A stretch of 64,000 nucleotides of DNA, from NCBI GenBank assembly GCA_013239625.1, contig MU053934.1, positions 1,271,285 to 1,335,284 on the forward strand. The letters run 5' to 3'. The position numbers and the translations under genes were made by a program. Shown here one piece after another: positions 13,087 through 25,389 of the stretch. Position 1 is the first letter of the stretch. Every line of letters starts with the position of its first letter. The DNA is from Lama guanicoe (lineage: Eukaryota). A model generated the notes under the pieces. The model was given only the letters and a program-made list of their open reading frames with translations, made no database searches and was not told the origin of the DNA.

Positions 13087-14134
13087 GCACCCAATCTGGC
13101 ATCTGACTTGTAGCCACAAAGATGGTTTGGGTTAACTTTCACATCATTTGCATTTGCAGAAAGCATGAGTCATGATCTTGGAAATTCTCCCTCAGAGAGA
13201 AGGAGATGCAATAAATTTGTTGAAACAGGATGTAGTCACAGCAAGGGCACACTCAAGCGAGCTGGGATCATGGCAACCCAGCTGTCCATTCTGGAACCCC
13301 CAATTACATTTTTATCACCCATTGCTGCAGTCATTCCCCACCTCCTAGGCCTACTAAGGGAACAGAGCAGAGATATAATCTCTGTTGCTCCGGGAACACT
13401 CAGACCCCAGACTCCAACAACCTGATGACTTCTTCATATAGGCTTTCTTCAAGGTCCATTAACAGAGGCTGCAGAACTGGAAGCTGTCACTCAATAATCA
13501 TAAATATTCTGGGCCAGTCCCATAAATGCCCTTCTAACCACTGACCTACAGGGACAGAAGGCGCTTCTCAGGTGGGCATTAGGCCATCTTAGAAGTCAGC
13601 CGAGGCTTAGGATCGGTTGTTTCCTTAGTCAGTTTCCATTTGGAAACATCCAGTCACTAGGGAGGAACCTAGGGAGGATAAAAGGTGATGTTTAGGAGAT
13701 CGGTGCCTCTGTCAGACCATGGGCCACTGCTCTCTAGCTTTGGTTCCAGGTATTGGATCTTTCTCCTTGTCATAGGAGTCCTCTGGTTGGAAAAAAGGCT
13801 GGATATAACTTCTAAGATGGGTGGTTGAAGGGCAGAATTGTAGCCGTGTCTGTGTGTAGGCAAGTGCATGTGTGTGTGATGAGTGTGTGTGTGTGAGATG
13901 AGCGTATGTGTGTGTGCACACTGAAACAACCTTCTGTGACAATGACAAGCTACTATTCGGATTTGACAAAGCAAAGCCTTCAGTGTTCAGTAAAACCTTC
14001 CATGTTATTGTCACCCAGAAGAGAGGAGGGCAGTGACCAAGTGGGTTGTTGAATGGCCTACATAAAAATGGAATGAGTCACTGAAAATCCTATGAAAGGA
14101 AGCCTGAACGATGCAAAAAGCACATGTGAACTTC

Positions 14135-14325
14135 AGGGTCAGAGAGTCCTGAGTTCAAATCTAGGCTGCACCATGGGGCCTGGATAAGCTATCCAGCCTC
14201 TCCAAAGTGTGATTGTCTTGTCTATTCAATGGGGATCATAGCAGCTATCACAGGCCTGTTGGAAGGGTCATTTGGGAGCATGTACCTAATCCTCTGGCAC
14301 AGAGTAGATACTCGATAAATGGCCT
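14135..14325 (+). mobile_element. MIR SINE
   Basis: cagagagtcctgagttcaaatctaggct...aatggggatcatagcag...ctggcacagagtagatactcgataaatgg. Confidence 0.75.
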
Positions 14326-14421
14326 CCAATATGGCCTTGTAATCAATGGATCCTACCTGATTGCCTGATCAGTGACTTCCTACCTCTGTACCTGACTCCC
14401 CAGAGCACACCTCTAGAGAGA

Positions 14422-14632
14422 CACTAACCAGCATGGTAGCCACTAGCCTCATGTGGCTATTTAATTTTAAACTTAAATTAATTAAAGGTAAATAAAATTA
14501 GACATTTGGTTTGTCGGTTACACTAGCCTCATTTCAAGCACTCCATAGCCTTGTGTGGCTGGTGGCTACTAGGCTGGACGGTGCAGAGATAAGGCATTTC
14601 CACCATCATAGAAAGTTCTTAGACAGCTCTGG
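14422..14632 (-). mobile_element. MER3-like hAT-Charlie MITE
   Basis: ggtagccactagcctcatgtggctatttaattttaaa...catttcaagcactc...catttccaccatcatagaaagttct matches antisense MER3. Confidence 0.85.
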
Positions 14633-15274
14633 GCTAGAAAGACTTATGAGCTGTTTTCCAGTCATTCCAAAGGCCAAATGAAAACTGCACCATTTCCCCA
14701 CAATGAGCCTGCCCAGGCTAGCTAACACACCCAGGAGACCTGGGCTGGGACTACAACAGTCCAGTCTATCTGAGAAGGCTGTTAATTTCCTCCACTGCCA
14801 AAGATCAAATAGGTGGACTGGGGAGTCAATCAGGGCTCTGCGCCCTCAGTTCACATGTGGATGGAAAGCTGGCTATGCTGTGGGTACCATGACTAGTGGG
14901 CAGTGGGCTGAGTCATCAGATCGGATCCAGGTCCCCAGAATCCTTGCAGTGGGGAGTGTGCAGAAGTCAGGAGCTGTAAAGCCCTGGTGTGGGTGGCAAA
15001 GTCTAACAGGCAGGAAGGAGATGGCACCAATAGTCAGGTATCAGGGGTCCAGGAGGGAAGGCAGCATTGGCCTCAAGTAGAAGGTGAAGTATCTGATCAT
15101 GAAGATCACAGGGTGAGATCAGTTTGGCATCATCTGGAGCACAGGCTCTTGAAGGCAAGGGAAACAGATTTATATGTTACTCATCAACATTAAAAATGTT
15201 CTTTGAAGTTGTGCACTTGACTTGTAAAAGGGGATAAACAGGTTAAACATCACTCCATATACACAGTTTACTTG

Positions 15275-15745
15275 GTGGTTGTGACTCACATTGCTAAGAG
15301 CCCATGGGGTCTATTTTCCCCTTTTTCTTACTAGGAGGATCCCAATTTAGTCCAGTGTGATGAGTGCCTGGTTACAAACACTCATCTCTCAAATTCCCCT
15401 GCAGCTAGATGTGGCCATGGGGCCAGATTTTAGCCAATGAGATTTAAGGGTGAAGCTTCTGAGAAAGCTATGGTTTTCCTGATAAAAAGAGATCAACTTT
15501 ACTGACTTACTCCCTTCATCTTTTGCCTTTCCATGGTGCCTCCCATCTGAAATTCAGGTTTGAAGGCTGGAGGTGCAGCAGCCACCTTGTGACCCTGAGG
15601 CTAGGCATTACAGACTAACACAGGCAGAGCAGGGAAGTGGAGGGACACTGGGTCCTGTATGGCTTTGTACCTGCCCTAAACTACCTAACTCTGAACTTTT
15701 TATTACATGGAAAAAGCAGACCCCTATTTGCTCAGGCCACTTAAA
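15275..15745 (+). mobile_element. Old ERVL/MaLR-type LTR
   Basis: cccctgcagctagatgtggccatg...ttttagccaatgagat...gctggaggtgcagcagccaccttgtgaccctgagg. Confidence 0.6.
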
Positions 15746-16687
15746 TCACATTTCATTATATGCTTTCTTACAGTGGGCAAAATATATCAAAATGTAGACT
15801 TTGTGGAGGGAACACTAGGAAAAGGGATCTTAGGCAGGAAAAAGACATTGACCGACTTTGTATGCTCAGAGAGCAGGCTCTGAAATCAGACTGAATGTTG
15901 CTTCTGGAAGTGCTGCTCTTCCATACGAAGCTTCAGTGGGACAGCCAGTCAATGATGCCACCATGTTTCCCCCATGAAATCTCCAGTCAGGTCTCCATTG
16001 CCCAGTGATGCTCGGTGTAAGTGGACTCACCAGGGGGGCACAAAGAGAAGATTAGATCTAAGGCTCAGGCCCCACTGTGATGAACAGAGAAGCACAGGAA
16101 AGCACAGAAAACTCGAGCAGCCTGGGGACAGTGAGGCTGTGGGACCCCACAGAAAACCAAGGGACAGGCTCTGGACTCGAGGGCTGGCAAGGGTTTCAGT
16201 CATTTACACCTTCGAGGGGCCAGAAGGCCCAGTGGAGCCTTGGGTTAAGCTTCCAAGACAAGATGGATAGGAGATGGCAAATTTCATCTTCTCCATCGCT
16301 TCTTGGAGAGCTTCCAGAACTGAGACTCGGAAGATATCCGTGTAAATGCCATTTCTGCACTCATAGGCTGCTTGACCTTGAGCGAGTTCTCTGACCTCTT
16401 GGAGTGTCATTTTCATTGACACGGTGGCTGGTTCCTAATCGCCCTCAACCACTCTTCAATGACTGTGCAAATGAGTCTGATCCTAAAGGCAGCCCTTATG
16501 TAGAGACAGGCACACAGACTCAGCCAGCAGGAAAGCCATGACAAGCAAGATGGGCACACTGTGTCTCTGGAGAGGAAGGAGACACAGGGGCCCTATGTGC
16601 CATAGGTCCCGGGCTTTCTGGGTAGGTGTGCATTGCCCCCCAAATAAACATCTACGTGCCATGCCATGTAAAGACGTGGTATATATG

Positions 16688-16805
16688 CTGGGGTCATATT
16701 GAAAATAGTTCACAACTGGTGCAGTCAGAATGGACACCACCTGTAAGCTGGCGTGTGCCAGCCACGTATATAGGTATTGCCTACATACTATAAATAGTAC
16801 CCCTG
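16688..16805. mobile_element. Possible short hAT-like MITE, family not assigned
   Basis: Imperfect terminal inverted repeats ctggggtcatatt / aatagtacccctg around a ~118-bp body. Confidence 0.4.
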
Positions 16806-17019
16806 TAGGGGTGGCAGCACACTGTGGTCATCAGAGTATCAATGCATAGCCTTTGGAGGAAGACATATTGTCTTCACTGTAGACCCTCACTTAATATCAA
16901 TTGATGTTAGAAACATCTCTCCCCTCCATGAGCTTCAAGGTCCTCATCTATGAAATGGATAGAGGAACAACGCGTGCAGGGGTGAAGTCAGAATTGGACA
17001 TCATTAATAAAGAGCGCCT

Positions 17020-17490
17020 GTTTGGGTCAGGGCCCCCAAAACAGGCTCTGGGGCAGGGACTGGAGGTCATGCATTTTATTAAAGAGAAACCAGATGCAGG
17101 TGGAGGCAAGGAGGGCAGAGAGGGAAAGGAGTTATGAAGAGGAGATTTCAGAGGTCCCAGACTCAGCCTGATCTCTGCGGAGCTTTGGGGTGTCAACAGC
17201 AACCTCAGAGCTGGAGGATGTCTGTCTGAGGGCAGAAAAGATGGGTGTTTTATACCCACATTAGGCAACCCCTGGTCCCCGGCTGCTGAGAGTTGAGGTG
17301 ACACAGACTCCCAGACATGTCCACTTTCCTCATGGTTCAGAAGTCTCCAGCATCCAAGGACAGTCCTCTGAAGGTGGCAGGGGCAGGTGTGAGCTACAGC
17401 AGCAAAGCACACAGTGACTGAGGGGTGGGCACACAGAGCCATGAAAGGGATCCGAAGGGATGGGGCCAGACGCCAGCACTGCCCACTATG
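17020..17490 (-). mobile_element. Old ERVL-type LTR (LTR16-like)
   Basis: ggtcagggcccccaaaacaggctctggggcagggactgg...ttttattaa (antisense poly(A) signal)...ccatgaaagggatccgaaggg. Confidence 0.55.
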
Positions 17491-17526
17491 CTACCTTACA
17501 CTGGTTTGTGGGAATCAAATTAAAAA

Positions 17527-18001
17527 GACACCTGCACCCCAATGTTCATAGCAGCACTATTTACAATAGCCAAAACATGGAAACAACCTAAATGTCCATC
17601 AACAGGTGACTGGATAAAGAAGATGTGGTATATTTATACAATGGAATACTACTCAGCCATAAAAACCGACAACATAACACCATTTGCAGCAACATGGATG
17701 CTCCTAGAGAATGTCATTCTAAGTGAAGTAAGCCAGAAAGAGAAAGAAAAATACCATATGAGATCGCTCATATGTGGAATCTAAAAAACAAAAACAAACA
17801 AAAACAAAGCATAAATACAGGACAGAAATAGACTCATGGACAGAGACAGACTTGTGGTTACCGGGGGGGGGGGGTAGGGGGGGGGAACAATGAGTGTGTA
17901 TATGTCCATGAATGACTGAAAAATTGTGCTGAACACTGGAATTTGACACAACACTGAAAAATGATTATGAATCAATAAAAAATGTAAAAAAAAAATAAAA
18001 A
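17527..18001 (+). mobile_element. Young 5'-truncated LINE-1 with internal 3' UTR deletion
   Basis: ORF 17542-17784 almost identical to the 10036 copy (4 nt differences over ~255 bp by eye); A-rich tail; short TSD taaaaag at 17521-17527 and 18002-18008. Confidence 0.95.
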
Positions 18002-18064
18002 TAAAAAGCACCAATATACATCAGAGTTTTTTTTTTTTCTTCTTCTCACCTAGGGATGTAATAT

Positions 18065-18555
18065 ACTGATAGCCACTTACATGGCTCTTACTATGTATCA
18101 AGCACTGTTCTAAGTGTATGAACTTAGTTGTCACCGTGAACTCATTATTATCCCCATTTTAAAGATGTGGCAGAAAGGGATAAATTTAGGAGTTTGAGAT
18201 TTGGAAATATTAACTACTATATATAAAAATAGACAAAAACAAATTTCTTCTGTATAGCACAGGGAACTACAGTCAATATTTTGTAATAACTTTTAATGAA
18301 GAGAATATGAAAATGAACATAGGTATCTGTATGACTGGAACATTATGCTGTACACCAGAAATTGACACATTATAATTGACTATACTTCAATAAAAAAATA
18401 AAATAAAATAAAATAAAAATAAAGATGTGAAGACTGGGGCATAAAGAGGGTAAGTAACTTGCCCAAGGTCATGCCACCAATAAGTGGCAGAATGGGTACT
18501 TATGCCCAGAAAATGGGTCCAGAGTTCATCTCTTTAACACTATGCTGTACTGCAT
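18065..18555 (-). mobile_element. MIR SINE split by an L1 insertion
   Basis: attattatccccattttaaagatgtg [L1] aagactggggcataaagagggtaagtaacttgcccaaggtcatg. Confidence 0.85.
18170..18420 (+). mobile_element. LINE-1 3' UTR-only insertion with 9-10 bp TSD
   Basis: gggataaatttaggagtttgagattt...ctgtatagcacagggaactac...tatacttcaataaaa plus (taaaa)n tail; TSD aaagatgtg at 18161-18169 and 18421-18429 at a tttt|aaag endonuclease-type site. Confidence 0.92.
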
Positions 18556-18577
18556 TTGGCCAAGTCCCTGCCTTCCC

Positions 18578-18782
18578 ATGCTGTTTAACACGGGAGTAGC
18601 CAGCCACATGTGACTCTAAAAAGCTAGTTAAAACATTAAAATTAAACAAAATTTAAAATGCCATCCCTCAGTTACACTAGCCACCTTTCAAGTGCTCAAC
18701 AGTCCCATGCAACCAATGGCTACAGTGTCAGTCAGTGCACACATGGAACATTTCCAGTAGAAAGTTCCACTGCCCAGCACTA
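18578..18782 (-). mobile_element. MER3-like hAT-Charlie MITE
   Basis: gtagccagccacatgtgact...cagttacactagccacctttcaagtgctcaa...gaacatttccagtagaaagttc. Confidence 0.8.
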
Positions 18783-19780
18783 GAGAGAACAGAATCCTGC
18801 AGGGAGGGAATACAGAGGTTAAGGTCCCAGAATCTGAAAAAAAAGACAGATGTGGTTCCTACCCCAGCTTTGACACTATTCGCTATGTGATGTTGGGCAG
18901 GTCTCCGTTCATTACGTTTTGAAATGGGCATGGTAATAGCATCTCCATCCCCTGTGCTTGTAAGAATGAAACGTGATGGTGACCATAACACACTCACACA
19001 ATGCCTAGCACAAAATAATCACTGAATAGACATTAGCTCTTGTTAATCCCGTTACTTCTACTTATTGTTGTTATTGCTACCGTTACCATAGAGCTAGAAG
19101 GGGCCACCTGGGAGCTCATACCACATCACTGATGGAGAAACTGAGGCATAGAGAAGGAATTCAGCATGAAGGCAGCAAAGCCAGGACCAGACTCTAACCC
19201 TTTCAGTTCCCTATGTGGTCTGTGCTATAAAACAATTCCACAGCCATTTTAGCTCTTCAACTTCAGGCTTTGTCTATTGGGTTTAAATATTCCATCTCTG
19301 ACCAACCGTGAAACCATGGAAACTGAATGGCAAATTGAAAAGGCAGCAAACAAATTAGCCTGCAAAGCCCCACAAATGATATAATCACTCCAGTATTTAA
19401 GCTGCAGATAGTCTCTGTGTTTCAGCCAAGGCCTTTCTCAATCGCTTTTGTAAACCTGCACTTGTGTGTCCCACGATCAGCATCAGCCCACGCAATATTG
19501 TGGCCAGAATCTACATCCGTTGTCAGCTCCACAGATTCAGAGCCAAACTCCAAGGGGTGAAACTTCCACTGACCTGGTGGGGTACCTCTTCCCTGCCATC
19601 CTCTGCATGAAGGCCAAACTGCCTGAACAGATCTCCAGTTCTGATGTCTCCTTCCTCCTTGGAAGCTCCAAGAATACGCAGATAGGAGTGGTGTCCTGTG
19701 GGTAGAAGGAGAGGAAAATGATTTGGAATGGACCAAGGGGAAAATTATAATGAAAACTAGCCAGAAGCATGAGAAGCATC

Positions 19781-20281
19781 TGTATTAGATTGCAATAATG
19801 GCCCAATTCCTCACCCCTCATGGTATCTGCACCTTTTGCCATCTAACTGGGCGGCAGTGCTTTCCTGCATGCTAACGCACAATTCCATGGTGCGGTAGGA
19901 CCTTCTCTGGCCAAGGGAATATTCGCAAATGTGATGCAGAGACTTGGAATGCTCTTGTGTTATTAAGCTTGCTACCTTTTGTGCCTCTGCCATCTCCATG
20001 AGAAGAATGTGCCTGCTCACCCAAGAGGAAACAGAACAGTGTCAGTTGGATTACGGCTATCTCATCTTAGCTAATCCAGAAGAGGCTCAATTCAAGCATT
20101 ACTCCTACTGCTACTGATCCACAAAAGCATGAACAAGTCCAGCTGAAATCAATAAGGAACCCATCTTGGGCTAACCAATCCATAACCAGCCCACAGAAGC
20201 ATGAGCTATAATAATAAATGACTGTTGTCTTAAGCCATGAATATGGGGATGATCTGTTACATAGCAATAGCAGCTGATACA
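19781..20281 (+). mobile_element. MaLR solo LTR (MLT1G/H-like)
   Basis: TG...CA termini; 3' end aataaatgactgttgtcttaagccatg...tgttacatagcaatagcagctgataca. Confidence 0.8.
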
Positions 20282-20289
20282 GCATCCTA

Positions 20290-20880
20290 GAGTCCACTCT
20301 CCTTCACCTCCCATATCCAATCCATCAGGAAGCTCCAAATAAGTCTACCCACTTCTCTGTTCTAATTCTGTAGCCACGAACTTGGTCCATTCCAACAGTA
20401 TTTCTCACATAGACCTCTGCACCCTTGCCTGCCTCCAATCCATTTTCTACACACTTTTCCCAAAGCAAAATTGAACTATGTCTCCCTAGACGTAGAGTAG
20501 AAATAAATAACCTTAGAATAAAATCTCAGCTCCTAGTGATGCCTCTCAGCCTCTACAGAATCCAGCTCCTGCTGACCTTTCTCAGTTCTGCTCACGTCAC
20601 TCTCCCTGAAATCAGACCAAACTTCTTTTAGTTCCTGGAACATGCCAAAAACTCTCTCACCTTGAGCTTCACACAAGCTGTTCCCTCTGCCTGAAATGCT
20701 TTTCTCCTTGCACTCAGTATGGCTGACTCTTTCTCTTCCTGGAATCTCATCTTAAACTTGACTTCCATGCCCATATCCCTTAAGGAAGACTTCTTCCGTT
20801 TTCTCTGTCTCAAAGCAGTTATTTCTTTCTGTTTGAGAATTACTGGAACTCGCTGTTGTTTTATTTATTTGTTTGTTTAC
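20290..20880 (+). mobile_element. L2 LINE fragment
   Basis: cccatatccaatccatcag...ttagaataaaatctcagctcct...gctgttccctctgcctgaaatgcttttc. Confidence 0.8.
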
Positions 20881-21894
20881 TGTATTCAGTTAGTCTAAAG
20901 TTATTTCTTGAATGCCTATTACATGCCAGGCTTTGTTCTAGGTGCTGAAGAGACAGCAGTGAAGTTCCTCACCCTCTTGAAGGTTTCCTTCTAGTGAGGG
21001 AGGCAGACAATGAACAGGTAATAACCTATAGTTCACATGCCTTGTCCTCCCTGGGCATCTGGTCAACAGGCAAAACTGGAGAGATTACACAGACTTTAGT
21101 CACTTGACTTGTGATTGGCTACAAGTGAAATAGAGGGGTCATATATGCAGACCCCAGAAGATCTCGGTCCATCTCTCCTATATATCATTCAGTGTCATCC
21201 TTTTGTGATCTCATGCTCATTCTGCTGAACAGAATCCCTCTCCAAACCTTGAATTATTCATCTCCATGGTTGTTTACTTCAATGGCATAGGGTTGCTCTC
21301 ATTACTATGTGAATGGGCCTCAAGACCTAAGCAACTGAGTTGTGGGAGATGAGCCTCTAGTTACCACTGTACCCTCTGCCCCATCTTAAAAACCCCATGT
21401 GTGTTCTGGGCTCACCCTTGTGTTCATCAGAAAGCAGCAACTTCCCTCTTATATTTTGTCTACTTCTCTACAGTCATAATGATTTATACCAGTTCCTGTG
21501 GATTCACTAACTTCTCACATTATATTTCTTCTTGCAAAACTTGATAACTTTCCCTTCTCCAATGCCATAAATTTACCTTCTGGTAAATCCTACTGTAGTC
21601 AAGATAGATAATATAATTTTAGACAGTGATAAGTGAGATGGGGGAAATAGAGCAGGGGAGAAAATAGAGCTGACTGAGTTGGGTGGATGCTCCAGCACAT
21701 ACTCAATAAGTATTTGTGAATTAATAAGTTAACAAAACTACTAATTTGTTATGAATAAATAAAGGCCCCTTCAGCTTTTCTCTTCCACTCCAGATCAAGT
21801 TTCCCCTACTCCTCCATATTCCTTCTTCTCCTGGGAGTTGGACTGAATTAACTGGGTCACTCTTCCTCCAGATATGGTCCAGGTTGAGATCCAG

Positions 21895-22315
21895 TGTATT
21901 AAGGTACAGACTAGGTTGTTGTAATAAAGAAGCCCCAAATTTTAGCTGATTAAATAAAATAACAGTTTACTTCTTTGTTACCTAACAATCAAAGATGGGT
22001 GGTCCAAGCTGACAGGACAGCTCTGCTGCACAAAGTCATGCAGGGGCCCAGGTTCCTTCCATATTCTTGCCTCAGCAGCCCCTAGCATGTTGCCTTCACC
22101 TTGTTGATCAAAGCTGGATTGTTCCCTAGCCCATGCTTGGGTCCACAGGAAGCGGGAAGTAAGCTCTTTCTTTCTAAAGAAGTAACCGGTAAGTTACACA
22201 TTCCATCGATGAGAATTTAATTTTAATTAAATTAAGAATTTAATTACCCAAATGCAGTGGGTAGCAAGGGAGTCTGGGAAATGTAACCGGGCGGCCAAGT
22301 GCCCAGATAAAAGTT
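21895..22315 (-). mobile_element. Old MaLR LTR (MLT1J/K-like)
   Basis: tgtattaaggtacagactaggttgttgtaat...ggggcccaggttccttccat...gcaagggagtctgggaaatgta. Confidence 0.7.
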
Positions 22316-22448
22316 AGCAATGTGCTTCTTCCTCTTCCTCTTCTTCTTCACTTTATTTATTTACTTTTTTACATTTTTACTTCTGACGTTACCATTTGCA
22401 GTTCTCCTTAGTCTAAGTTTTATTGTTGTTATTGCTTGGTTGGCTGGT

Positions 22449-22576
22449 TTTTCTTTTGGGGGGTAGGTAATTAGGTTTACTTATTTATTTGTTTGTTTAA
22501 TGGAGGAACTGGGGATTGAACCCAGGACCTCATGCATGCTATGCACGTGCTCTATCATTGAGCTATATCTTCCTCC
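22449..22576 (-). mobile_element. Camelid Vic-1-type tRNA-derived SINE (possible 3' extension to ~22332)
   Basis: Reverse complement ggaggaagatatagctcaatgatagagcacgtgcatagcatgcatgaggtcctgggttcaatccccag has Pol III A/B boxes and the shared aaacctaattacc tail motif. Confidence 0.9.
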
Positions 22577-22884
22577 AAATGTCCTGTTTCTTCTTTTTCA
22601 CCTATCAAACTCCTACTCTTCCCATAAAACCCAGCTCAAATATCCCATCACCATTCAGCCATTCAGAGCCATTTGTGCTGAGGGATGTGGAGAGAGTGCT
22701 GAGCTTCTGCCCTATTGAAGAGCTCACCTTGAGATTCAACAGGTAAAACCCTAGCACGGTGTCTGGCTACTCAGTAAATGACTAAATGAATGAATAATAT
22801 TTCCTCAATAAATGCCAACTACTGTCATCACTGCTACTCTTCTTATTTTTATTCTTTCCCCAAGGATTTTCTTGGGAACAGGTA

Positions 22885-23135
22885 CATGGTATAGTGGAAA
22901 AAATCACAGGCCTGGAAGCCAGTAAATCTGTGTTTGAATCTGAGACCCATCACTTTCTTACTGTGTGACCATGGGCATGTGGCTTAATCTCTCTTAGACT
23001 CAGTTTCTTTGTCTGTTGAATGGGGACAACAGTAGTGCTACCTTAAAGGGTTAATATATGTATTAAATTATATGATCCATGTAAAGCATTTGGTACAACG
23101 CCTGCAAAGAGTATTTCAAGAAATAGTAGTAGTTT
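22885..23135 (+). mobile_element. MIR SINE, near full length
   Basis: tggtatagtggaaaa...ctgtgtgaccatgggcatgtggcttaatctctcttagactcagtttc...catgtaaagcatttgg. Confidence 0.85.
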
Positions 23136-23174
23136 TTGTTGCATTGTTATCATCATCCTCATCATCAGGGAAAG

Positions 23175-23636
23175 ATAATCATGTGTGTCAATGAGGCATG
23201 AATTTAGCCACAGAATAACAGAACCTGACAAAAATGGCATCCAAAGATAGGCATGTATTTGGTTTCTAAATCAAGGAGCCCAGTGGTGGGCAGTGGAATG
23301 GGGACTCGGGAATGCCTTGAGGACCCAGGCTCCTTCTCTATCTTCTTCACCATCACTAGGGAGTTGGCTTTCCTTTTAACACATGTCCCCTCCTGGCCGC
23401 CAAATAAAAGCTGTGCCTCTAACGACATGTATGTATTCCAAACAGAAAGTGAGAAGGAGAGGCTTGCAGTCAAGCATATTTTCATTAAGGAAAACTGAAG
23501 CTTTCGCGGATCCTCATCCCACAGACTTCCCTGGGGTTTTACTGGCCAGAACTGTGCCATATGACTGCCTGTAAGTGTCAGGTAGCTGGGAGAAAGGGGC
23601 TGCAGATGGGAGTTGGTCCAGCCACCAACAGTGACT
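23175..23636 (-). mobile_element. Old MaLR/ERVL LTR
   Basis: ggacccaggctccttct...ttactggccagaactgtgccatatgactgc...agctgggagaaag. Confidence 0.6.
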
Positions 23637-24115
23637 ATCATAATGGGTTGAATGGTGTTCCCAAAAAAGATATATTCAAGTCCTAACTTTTTGGTACCTG
23701 TGACTGTGACCTTATTTGTAAAGAGGGGCTTTGCAGATGCAATTAGTTAAGATGAAGTCATCCTGGTATATTGTGACCTGTTACATTAATAGATGAGATG
23801 GATTCAGATGAGGGACCTGAGTCCAATATGATCATGTCCACACAAGAAGAAGAGAGATATACAGGGAAAAATGGCCATGTGACCATGGAGGCAGAGATAG
23901 GAGTTATGCTGCCACAAGGTGAGGAATGTTAAGAGTCAGTAGTAACTGGAAGCAGCAAGGAAGGATGCTCCGCTAAAGACTTTGAAGGGAGCCTGGCCCT
24001 ACTGACACCTTGATTTCCAACTTTCAGCCTCCAGAACTGTGAGAGAATAAATGACTGTTGTTTTAAGCCACCCAGTTTGTGGTGTTTGTTTCGGCAGCCC
24101 TAGGAAAGCAATATG
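23637..24115 (+). mobile_element. MaLR solo LTR (MLT1C-like)
   Basis: atgggttgaatggtgttccc...gtgaccttatttg...cagcctccagaactgtgagagaataaat...ttttaagccacccagtttgtgg...gcagccctagg. Confidence 0.9.
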
Positions 24116-25389
24116 GCGATGCTGCCATGCCATGTAAATGAATGAGTGCATCACAATATACCAAGTGCTAATATTGAGAGTTGGGTTAAGCCGACTCAAC
24201 TCAGTCGTTCACTCATTCCAGCCTGACCTGGGTGATTCACCCAAGCTAAAGTTGCAGCCCTCTGAGTACCAAGGGTGGGTCAGAGAGACTACAGCAGACT
24301 CAGTGAACCCCTCATCTTCTTGATGAGTCTGATTCTCAGGGTCTCCATGGCCCCTTACTCAAGAGCAGGTTGACTTGGCCACATGTCAAGTGGTTGCCTG
24401 TCCATTGCTTAAGCCAACATTGAGAGAGGACTCAGCCCCAAATGGCCTCTGTGACTACACCCGGCTGCACCACTGGGCAAGTGGCTGGTGATAGGTAAAT
24501 GTGACTGGCAGCCAAGAGGACCCAGGACCCTGCAGCTGCAGGAACCACCTATGAGAAACTGGAAAACACACGCTAAGAATGGATGCATGGAGAGTCAACT
24601 CCGGGGATGAGTCGGGACAAAAGGTATTTTTATGCAAGTAGGTGAATCCAAACCCTGGGTTATTATGGTCTATCAGAACATCTCCCTTGCTCTGCAAAAA
24701 CTCTTTAATGTTAAGCAATGCTTCTCCCACAAGATGGATCCCTTCTCTAATGTTTTTTTAAAGTTAATTGAGTAAGTATTATGTATCATGCCTCATGCAT
24801 GATTATACTTCTGCCTCACTACAAAAAAAGGATAAAATGGGAAGGATTTCATAGATTGTGTGCCCAAGGCCACACAATCAGACCCAGATGAACCTGGTTC
24901 TGATTCATGTCCTTGACCACTAAAACAACTCTGTCAACCCAGAAATTGTACTTAAAGAGCTCAAGAGTCCAGTTTCTTTATTCAAACTTGCAGAATTCAA
25001 ATGAGGTAGCTCTATCATATTTGTATATATATTGATCTCCTCACACTTAAGCTTGTTTCCCATAATCTTTCTTCAAAATATCATACATCTCTGGTCTGTG
25101 TGGGGAAAAGACAAAAAAGTGAACAAATAGAAATGTGTTTTTCTAGAAACTGAAAAAAAACTGACTCTGATGTCTTTAAGACTCTTTACATGTTATTTTT
25201 TAGGTTTAAAGACCAACATACACATAACATAGTCAGACTTTAATCTGACTGTATTGTCAGCAATATTATTTCTAGTTTGATTTATAGAAGAAAACACGTG
25301 TGTGTCACAACACTCTCTACAGAAGTAAATGTTTCCATAAATACATTAGAGAGTTCAGAGAATTCTAGGTTCAAATCCCAGCTCCTCTG

